From NCBI GenBank assembly GCA_033442325.1, contig JAWQFM010000008.1:1961236-1971389 (forward strand): 10,154 nt of DNA, written 5' to 3'. The notes beneath the pieces are model-generated. The model was not told where the DNA came from and made no database searches. It worked only from the letters and a program-made list of their open reading frames with translations. Shown here in pieces: positions 1 to 8,986 of this stretch; position 1 is the first letter of the stretch, and each line of letters starts with the position of its first letter. Origin of the DNA: Salpingoeca rosetta. Its lineage: Eukaryota > Protista > Choanoflagellata. The position numbers and the translations under genes are program-made.

Positions 1-20
1 CCGTCATCACGCGTGTGCAG

Positions 21-956
21 TCTGCACATGTGTACGACGTGCAATTCACCGACGACAGCGAAGAAATGACACACGTCCCGCGTGTGTGCATTCGATCACC
101 AGGTCCGCTGTTGGAATGGGGGTTTGTTGATTCCTCGCGTTGTCGTGCTCATGTGTGTGTGTGTGTGTGTGTGCGTGCATGTGTTGCACGGTGGGCGCGT
201 GTGTGCGTGGTACTACGTGTGTGTATGTGTGTGTGTGTGCATACATGTGTGTGCATGTGTGTGCGCTTGCCACATTCTCTTGTGCTTTCAATCTAACCGA
301 CATGAATCCCTTCTTGTCGTGCATTTTACAGGCGATCACACCGCCCCCAACACGTGTCTTGCGTGCCTCCTCTCTGACTTCTTCTCGTGAGTGCTCCAAT
401 GTGCGGCTGTTCCGTTGCTCATGCGTGCAGTCAGTCGTATCATGTTGTGTTCACACATGTTGGCTAACACGCTTTAGTATGCGCACACATTCACAAGCAA
501 CTGCAAGCGCGCGCGCTGCCTCTCTGCCTCTCCCACTCTAACACACACACTCACGCACACACACGCACGCACACACACACACACGCACATACACACACAC
601 ACACACACGCACGCACATACACACACATACACACGCGGTGACCTCTTGCTGCTGCAGGGAAATGTACACTGGAAACCGTCAGCAGCTTGCGCCGACGAAC
701 ATGCTCTATGCTGTGTGGAAGGTGCGTTCTGTTGCGCCTTCGTGTATGTGTGCGTTTGTGTGCGTGTATGCTTTTTTGTATGTGTATTGTGCGTTTGGTT
801 GTAGCAGTGTTGACGCGTGGTTAACTCCTATCCTTCCTTGCTTGCATGGTTCTCCACACACACACACACACTCACACTTCACACGTACACACTCACTCAC
901 ACTTACGCAAACTCACACGCACACTCACGCACACCCACACGCACACTCACGCACGT

Positions 957-1044
<88 letters not shown>

Positions 1045-1916
1045 CCCATCGCCACGACGACGACGGCAGCACCTGCGCCAACTGGCCGGGTATGCGCAGC
1101 ACGACTGCCACGAGTTCTTCATCGCACTCCTCGACCGTCTTCATCGACACCTCCGCCCGCCAGACGAACGTGTGTGATGCGTTTGCGTGTTGTGATGCTC
1201 TTGAGTGGTGGAATGGTTGTGCATGTGCACGTGCACGTGCATGACACAAGGACAGGCATGTTTGCCCACACGTGTTTCCGCACATGGTTGTGTGCATGTG
1301 ATCACTGTTCCTGCTCGCACACGGCTGCACCTTCTCACATGTATGTTGCGTCTTGTGCGGTGGTCAACATTAGCCATGCACCTGTTGTCGAAGCAGCCCT
1401 CTGTCGTGCGATCCGTGTTCACGGGCCTCATGCAGAGCGATGTGATCTGTAGGCGCTGCGACAATGTCTCGTCCACACACGAGCCCTTTTACGACATCTC
1501 ACTCGGCATCAGGTCATGCACGTGTTCGTTTGTTAGTTGTGTTTGGTTGGTTGGTTGTTCCTTTGTTTGCTTGTTAGCTGGTTGTGTTTGTTTGTCTTGC
1601 TTATTAGTTGGTTGGTTATTTGTTTACCTTGCCTTGTATTTTCTGCGTTATGTGGTTGTTTGTGTGCTGTGTGGTTTTGTTTGTGTGATTTTGTTTGTCC
1701 ATGCTGTTGGATGTGTGTTGCTCTGCGCATGTGCTCACGGTATGTTCCCCTGGTGCATGATAACATCAACACCGTAGACCTTCAACCCACGATTCGCCAA
1801 CCGTGAGTCAGCTGTTCAAGTGCGCATGCATGTCAGCACGGTCTCTCATTCTTTCTTGTTATTGAAGTTATTTTCGCCAAGCCCCATTTCATCTCACTCA
1901 CCTCTTCCATTTCCTC

Positions 1917-1947
<31 letters not shown>

Positions 1948-2856
1948 CACATACATCCCTCCACATCCACACATGCTGACGCCACTCCCACTCACGCCCT
2001 CCATGCTTCTGATTGTGTGTGTGTGTGTGACTAGTCGCTGGTGTCGCTGCGTGGATGCCTCGCGCGCTACACGTCGCCAGAGGATTTGGGATCCGATGCC
2101 CGCGTGTTTTGCCCCCGCTGCCAAGCGCGCCAGCTCGCACAGAAGCGCGTACGTCTTGCATGCGCTTCTTGTGTGGCGTTGTTGTGTTGTGTTGTGTTGT
2201 GTTGCGTTGCGTTGTGTTGTGCTGTGTTGTGTTGCGTTGTGTTGTTGGTTTGGGTCAGAGTGGCTTTGGCTTGTGTGTATGTGTGTTCACTGTTTAGTTG
2301 CCATGCTTCGTTGTACATTGTGCAATTGGCTCCCCCGCGGCTTGCCCGTCTCTGTCTTCTCATTTGCACGTGTCCATGCACAGCTGATGATTGCGCAACC
2401 GCCGAAGACGCTGACATTCCATCTGAAACGCTTTGAGCACATTCCTCGCCTGCAGAAGATTACAACTTTTGTCGAGTGCGTTGTGGCTTGACCGTTGCTT
2501 TACCCCCCCCCCCTCCTCCACGCAGACATTCTGTTGTGCGTGGTGCATGCGCCTGTTTATGACATTTCTTTGCATGTTCAGCCGCTCACATGCATCTCCG
2601 AATGCACCTGCGTTCGTGCAATATGTGCGTGTGTGCTTGTGTGTCCCCTATGTGCGTCAGGTTTCCTACATCGATCGACATGCGTCCGTATCTGGTGCAG
2701 AGTGGAGGCGGTGCACACACGGCCGCAATGGCCCACAGCGCCCATGCTCCCATCATGTACTCGCTGTACTGTGTGGTTGTGCACATTGGCAAGATTGAGT
2801 CTGGTCACTACATCTGCTACATTCGCCTCAATCACCCGGTGCGCCACCCGTGTCTT

Positions 2857-2928
<72 letters not shown>

Positions 2929-3198
2929 GGTCGGTCGTGTCGTGTGTTAGCCTTCGCCGAAGCAACGTATACAGGTCACTTCTAGTAAATGTCTGAAGGG
3001 GGGCACCCCTTGTATCGACACGCATTGCATTACATGACGGAGGCCTTCGGTATCGCGGCTGGAGAGACATTGATGAAACCTCGCGTATTGGTGGCGCAGG
3101 GTTAGCGTAAGCGGATTCATTTCTAATGGGGCCCCGACAGCAAGGGGTCACTCATTACGTACTTGCGTCATTTCTGTTGCACGTTCGCTGACTGCAAC

Positions 3199-3261
<63 letters not shown>

Positions 3262-3377
3262 AACCACAGCACGAGCAGTGGGTTTGCTGTGACGACGACA
3301 CGCTGACGCCCGTGACGGCGGCGGAGGTGCTGAGCAAACCGGCGTACATGCTGCTCTACATGAAGGACGAGCTCTGA
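21..3377 (+). CDS. USP22: USP22/Ubp8-like ubiquitin carboxyl-terminal hydrolase (peptidase C19), 5'-partial, spliced; predicted exons 21-102, 332-386, 658-721, 1070-1169, 1374-1512, 1778-1802, 2035-2148, 2384-2475, 2661-2838, 3270-3377
   Basis: All introns are GT-AG and phase-compatible; exons total 957 nt, ending in TGA at 3375-3377. Spliced peptide includes [162 protein letters not shown] and AYMLLY. These follow USP boxes in order and resemble USP22 motifs as recalled ([38 protein letters not shown]). Catalytic His and Asp are present; the catalytic Cys box is outside the window. Exon 21-102 and the acceptor at 1373/1374 are the least certain. Confidence 0.88.
152..263 (+). repeat. Degenerate (TG)n microsatellite in intron 103-331
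   Basis: Interrupted TG runs visible directly. Confidence 0.85.
541..635 (+). repeat. Degenerate (CA)n microsatellite in intron 387-657
   Basis: CA run interrupted by CG and TA; preceded by a CTAAC branch-like motif. Confidence 0.9.
856..1043 (+). repeat. Degenerate plus perfect (CA)n microsatellite in intron 722-1069
   Basis: CA/CACG/CACT units, with a perfect run at about 972-1043. Confidence 0.95.
1778..1802 (+). other. 25-nt microexon of the USP gene, encoding (R)PSTHDSPT
   Basis: Flanked by ccgTAG and a strong GTGAGT donor. It joins the phase-2 end at 1512 to the phase-0 start at 2035. Confidence 0.7.
2178..2246 (+). repeat. (GTTGT/GTTGC)n pentanucleotide repeat in intron 2149-2383
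   Basis: About 13 imperfect pentamer units. Confidence 0.85.
2859..2927 (+). repeat. (TG)n microsatellite at the 5' end of intron 2839-3269
   Basis: Perfect TG run of about 34 units. Confidence 0.95.
2950..3199 (+). ncRNA. Candidate structured intronic RNA, family unassigned
   Basis: Non-repetitive island inside intron 2839-3269 with several hand-identified stems; G-U pairs favour the + strand. TGATGA at 3071-3076; CTGA at 2993 and 3188. No confident family match. Confidence 0.3.
3197..3260 (+). repeat. (CA)n microsatellite at the 3' end of intron 2839-3269
   Basis: Near-perfect CA run of about 32 units, ending 9 nt before the exon. Confidence 0.95.
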
Positions 3378-3687
3378 AATCGCGGGTGCAGCTCTTTCCT
3401 CTCACTTGTGGGCCAGCGCGTACGCGTTGGCGCTCATGTAACCAACACTCGGCTTCATTCATTAACGAATCACCTCCAACGCACACACATGTGCGTACAT
3501 GTGTGTCTGTGATTGCCAGCATTGCTCGCACGCGTGATTGCACGTGTGCAGGTGCTGTGATCCTACTTTGTCGTTGTATCTATGAAACTTGTATTGCGTA
3601 CGTGTGTGTGTACGTGTGTGTTCTTAATCTGCCCCTGGTGATTTTCATCATCACTGACTCCTAACTGTTGTTGCTCGCACGATAGAG

Positions 3688-3693
3688 AATAAA
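3688..3693 (+). promoter_or_regulatory. Possible polyadenylation signal (AATAAA) of the USP gene
   Basis: AATAAA 310 nt after the stop codon, followed about 30 nt later by a GU-rich tract. Use of this signal in this organism is unverified. Confidence 0.4.
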
Positions 3694-3713
3694 TTATCAA
3701 AACACTGCCAGCT

Positions 3714-3807
3714 GCGCGCGCGCGTGTGTGAGTGCGTGAGCGTGTGTGCGTGCGTGAGCGTGTGTGAGTGTGTGTGTGTGCGTGTGTGTGTGCGTGCGTG
3801 TGCGTGA

Positions 3808-3842
<35 letters not shown>

Positions 3843-3851
3843 TGTATGTGC
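3714..3851. repeat. (GC)n followed by degenerate (TG)n tract between the convergent 3' ends
   Basis: gcgcgcgcgcg followed by TG/TGCG/TGAG units. Confidence 0.9.
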
Positions 3852-4348
3852 ATCATTCTCGTCATCACATAGTTTCTTTGTTGTTGTTCTATTAACGGTT
3901 GAGGGTTGGTGTGTGGTTGTGGTCGAGCCGGCAGCAACCGTGCGACAACTGCTTGGGAGTGAGAGGCAGGCACCGCGATTGAGCGGGTCAATTGGAGAGA
4001 ATGTGCGGAGGAGAGACGGTAACGCAACAAATGTGGCAACAGGATAACGAGGAGCCACCAACGAGAGGCAAGAACGGGAAGCAAGAGGTGGAGCAAATAG
4101 CGGACCAGACAACGGGTGACGCAAAGGTCACGAGCAAGGGCGCGTGTAAACGAACGGAGGAGGACAAAGATGGGTGTTTAGGGTATGGAATGGGAAAAAA
4201 AAAGTCAGGAGGAGACAAACGGAAAAAGGGGACGGGGGGATGTTGGGGCGGCACGCACCTACGTGTCGCACGTCTTGCGCATCAGCATGCAAGCAGAAGA
4301 GCTGCACGATCACAGCATGCGAGTGCGCATGAGGACGAAGTGCTTGGA

Positions 4349-5112
4349 TTAAATGTTGGACACTTTTGCGTTGTACGGCTCGTTGTCAAACTGGCCCAGG
4401 TGCACGGGCTCTTCGGAGAATGGCGCCTGCGAGATGGATGTCTTGCGCTCTGCGTTCTGTTTGTGCAGAACACGGCGCGCAAAGCCATCCGCAACAATGG
4501 TGACGATGACAAAAGTCGTGGCAAAGCCGACGAACCAGACGCGTCGGTTGTCGCCTGTGACCTCATGCAGGACTTCGATGCCAACGAGGACGTTGATGAC
4601 GCCAAGAGCAACAGCGACACGGCCAGAGAGCCAGTGCACGGTCTCCCACACGGTCCTGGTGGTGCCGCCGTTGGGCTTTGGGCGAACAGCGGCGTTGACG
4701 AGCTGCCAGTACGCGAGGATCATGACCACGATGCCGAGCGTGCGGTGGTGGTAGGTGGAGCCGCGCCCGGAGTCTGAGAACTTGCTGAGGGCGAAGAAGA
4801 AGCCGACGGTGGCAAGCAGCATGCCAACTGCCTGGCACATGACGTGGGCGTGGAACCACACGTGCCGCTTCTCCTCGGGGCAGATCTTTGTGATGCGGGC
4901 GAAGATGGGACCAGCGGGCAGGAAGACAGCCCAGCCCAAGCCCATGAGCACGCCATGCACGTAGCGGTCGTTGGTGAGGGAGTCTGCGCCACCGCTGGAC
5001 TGGGAGCCGCTGGCAAGGTTCACCTGTGAAGAGGAGGAAATGGAGGTGACGAGAGAGAGAGTTGGGGTTGGGAGCGGGGCAGTGTTGGCGCGTGAATGAG
5101 TTGAGACGAGGA

Positions 5113-5150
<38 letters not shown>

Positions 5151-5682
5151 TAGACACACACACACAGACAGATAGACACACACACACACACACAGACACA
5201 GACACAGACAGATAGACACACACACACACACGCAAGACAGACAAGACATGCATGAGTTGCACGACAGTCACGAGGAGCAACGAACCGCAAAGAACCCGCG
5301 GTCTGCGCCGTGGTATGCGAGCGTGTCGTCCTCTCCGCGCGCCCAGATGAAGTTGACATCGCTGCTCAGATCTACGACAGAGTAGGAGTTGTTGATTGGC
5401 CGCGAAAAGGCGAGGATGGCAGTGGTGCCGTCACGCGTGAACGACGCGTTGTAGATGCGATCAGGGGCAGGCACGATGCCCTGGGTCGGTGGTGGTGATG
5501 ACGGTGGTGGTGGAAATGGCGATTTGGGCCGAGGGTTAAGGGGACGTGAGATGGAGAAGGAATGGTGTGAGGATTGTCAGTATTCGCAAGAGAGGAGGGG
5601 GAGGGGAGGGGCAAGCGGGTAAACAACAGTGAGTGCAATGGAGAGGTAGACATGCAGGCAAGTACAGAAGCACACACAAACA

Positions 5683-5728
<46 letters not shown>

Positions 5729-5754
5729 AGCACACACACACACACACACAAACA

Positions 5755-5795
<41 letters not shown>

Positions 5796-8700
5796 GCGTA
5801 CAGCTCTGTTCCGCTCGCGGAGGGTATATGCGTTTGGGATCATGGTGTCGGATGCAATGACGGCGTCTGCGCCGAGCATAAACTCGGGGACCTCAGGAAT
5901 GGCGAGGCCAACCCAGCCCGCGCTGTTGCGGAACTCGCCGACAAACGACACGTCCTCCGCAACCACCTTCCAGTGCAGCTAGTGTTGGCGCGCGTGGGCA
6001 CAAGGAAGGCGAGAGGGGGGAGGGGGTGTAAATGTGACGAAAAACATCGTGCGCATGTACGAGTACAAGCGAGCAGAGCAAGATGAAGGCAGATATACAG
6101 ACACAGACAGACAGACAGACAGACAGACAACACACTCACACAGACACATAGACGCACAGACACAGACACAGACACACACACACACACGAGCGCGCACCGT
6201 GAAATCGGTTGAAAGTTGTGCCATGCATGTTGCATCATCACGTGGTGAGGGATCACAGTTGTCGCCGGTGGATGTGTCTGGATCCGTGTCTTCGGCCGAT
6301 CGCAGATCAACGAGGCCAAAGAGCGCATTGAAGGCTTCGCACCACCCCGCAATGACGTTGACGTCGTCCCACGTCACGCCATCGAGGGTGATGACGCGCG
6401 TGACGCCGCCATTGGGCGCGCCCTGCACGCGCTGGGAGTTGAGGCGGAAACCACGACGGAGATCAGACTGCGACTTTCCTGTCGATCCCCACCAGTACAC
6501 GGCGGGGGCGAGGCCATCGTACCGAAACTCTTCCACCTGAGGCGCACACAGCAAAAGGCATACACACGCGTAGAGGGGGGGGGAGATGTGTTGAGTTGAT
6601 ACAAAGACGCAACACGATTTTCGATGTTGTTGATGCTGTTGTTGTGCATGAGACTGGTGGTAAAAGCGAGCACACGAAGGCAAGTCGTGTGAGTGTGTGT
6701 GTGCGTGTGCGTGCGTGTGTGTATGTGAGTGTGTATGTGTGTGAGTGTGTGAGTGTGTGTGTGTGTGAGTGTGTGAGTGTGTCGCACCATGAAGGAGCAG
6801 TCGTCGATGACGGTGACGCGGCCACGCCATCTGTGCTGCAGCTCAGAGAACTCAGCCGTCCTGCCAACAAAGTCGTGCGTGCGCGGGCATGCTGATGTTG
6901 CCATTTCGTCGTCATCATCGCCATTGTCATCATCACCGCCAACCATGGGCCGCTCATCTGTTCCCTCAACAGAGATGCGCCAGCCGAGTTTCTGGTGGAT
7001 CCAGCACTGGTAGTACACGGTGTCTGGTGTGTTGTCGTCGGGGGTCCACTTAAGGACGTATGGAGAGTCCCCTGTGCCCCACGCATCCGCACTGCATCAC
7101 GTGTTATTGCAAGGGGGAATGGGGTGATTGTAGACGGAGAGAGGTGAGGCAAAAGGCGGGGGGGGGGGGAAGAGAGAATAGGCGACGGAGGAAGATACAA
7201 GAGGGGGTTGGTTGGTTGGTGAGTGGCGATAAAACAATACAGCAGACAAGAAGAAGAGGAGCGGAAGTAAGGGGAAACGACATGGGGTCTCAGCAGTGTA
7301 TTCACAGGCAGGCAGATAGACAGACACTACACACATACTACACACGCGCACGCACACACACACACACACACACACCTGCCGGCGTAGACAGTCTCCATGT
7401 CTGCGTTTGCACGGCCGCCAATGATGTCGTTGGTGATGTACAAGGGATGCTGGCTCGTGGCTTTGATGGTGAATGTGTACTCAACACCACGGAACACACG
7501 CAGCAGTGGGCTCTGTGCAGGAGGGACGGGGGAGAGGAAAGCGATAGCATATCAGCGTGAGCAAGCGTACGTGTGTGTGTGTGTTTGGGTTGAAGGGGGG
7601 GGGGTGTTCTGACGCCATCTTCAGGGTGTTGGGCAGCAGGGCACTAGGCGACGAACAGCTGTAGGCACACACAGACACAGAAAGACACAAAGACAGACAC
7701 AGACACAGAAAGACACAAAGACAGACACAGACACAGACAGACACAGACACAGACACAGACACACACACACACACACAGACACACACACAGGGCATGAATA
7801 GATGATCACCTCCATGCCGTTGATCCAGTAGGAGATGCCCCATGCGGGTGGGTTCGGATAGTTGAGGTTGGTGCCTGTGGTGACAACAAACTCAGTCTCG
7901 TCGCCAATTGTGGTCACACCGCACGACCCGCCGCCGGAGGAGCTGCCGGATCCCATGTCCGCTTGAAGGAGCGCTGGTGTCATCGCAACGGAACGTGTGC
8001 AGCATGGGCAACGTCAGTAACATGAGGAAGGGACAGTGGTGGGAGAGGTGGTAATCTGGTGACGGAGTATTCAGCAAGAAGCAAAGGCCAATGCTCAAGA
8101 CCTTCAAATGTTGCTGGATAAGCTCAGCCCAACACACGCAGACACACATACATGCACGCCTAGCTCAACACAGCAGCACACAGCAAGACATATGCACGCA
8201 GGCACGCAACGGGACGTGCACCCACCGCATGTCTGCTGGGACTGCGAGAGGTTGATGGTGAAGCCGTCTGGCGCGTGCTGCGTGGCGCCGTGATAGAGAA
8301 CAATGGGGAGCTCCGCTGTTGACGCCTCGCCGAGTGGCCCATATGCGAACACATACGCGCGCTCAGACATGCTGAACACGTGGTCGTAGTCCGTATCCCC
8401 TGATGACGCGAGAGGTGGTGCGTGTGTGATGTTTGAGTTGGCGGTGCGCATGTACACGTGAGCGATGAAGAATGAGATCAGGTGCAAGGCGAATGCTTGG
8501 AGCACAACACACAGCGCTGTTTCCCACAGCCCACACTGCATTCAACCACCACCACCACTACAACCACAAACCACAACCACAACCACAACCATCACCACCA
8601 CCACGTAAACAGCAATCATGGCACCACCACTTTCAGGATCGTGACTGTGCACCTGTGTCGATCTGGCGAGACCAGGCGACGAATGAGACGCCGTTCTCGC

Positions 8701-8913
8701 GTTGGGCGTACACGAGGTTGACGTTGTTATCGGATGAGTCGCCGAGGAGGCGGTCGGGGCACACGCCCGCAGACCCGCCGCCCGCATAGTCGCACTGGAA
8801 CCGGCCTGGCGATGGGGGATGGCGGTGGTGACGCATGTGAGTGCGCGTGAGGGGGCACGTGCGTGCGCGCATGCATGTGTTCACTTGCATGGGTATGATT
8901 ACCAAGCACGCTT

Positions 8914-8986
<73 letters not shown>

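Noticed and set aside
3098-3105. AGGGTTAG (CTAACCCT on the - strand), resembling a telomerase RNA template
   Set aside because: Only 8 nt, and the G-U pairing pattern of nearby stems favours the opposite strand.
3085-3125. tRNA-like D-arm/A-box (TGGCGCAGGGTTAGCGT) followed by TTCAT
   Set aside because: No anticodon stem, T-arm or acceptor stem could be completed.
2962-3192. Specific assignment as U3, U14, RNase MRP/P, hammerhead ribozyme or TPP riboswitch
   Set aside because: Each matches only in fragments: no intact U3 box A or second box C, no GAAAGTCCCC CR-I, no CTGATGA...GAAA core, no CTGAGA motif.
3992-4777. 261-aa + strand ORF
   Set aside because: Antisense to the b561 exon and its 3' UTR; no recognisable motif.
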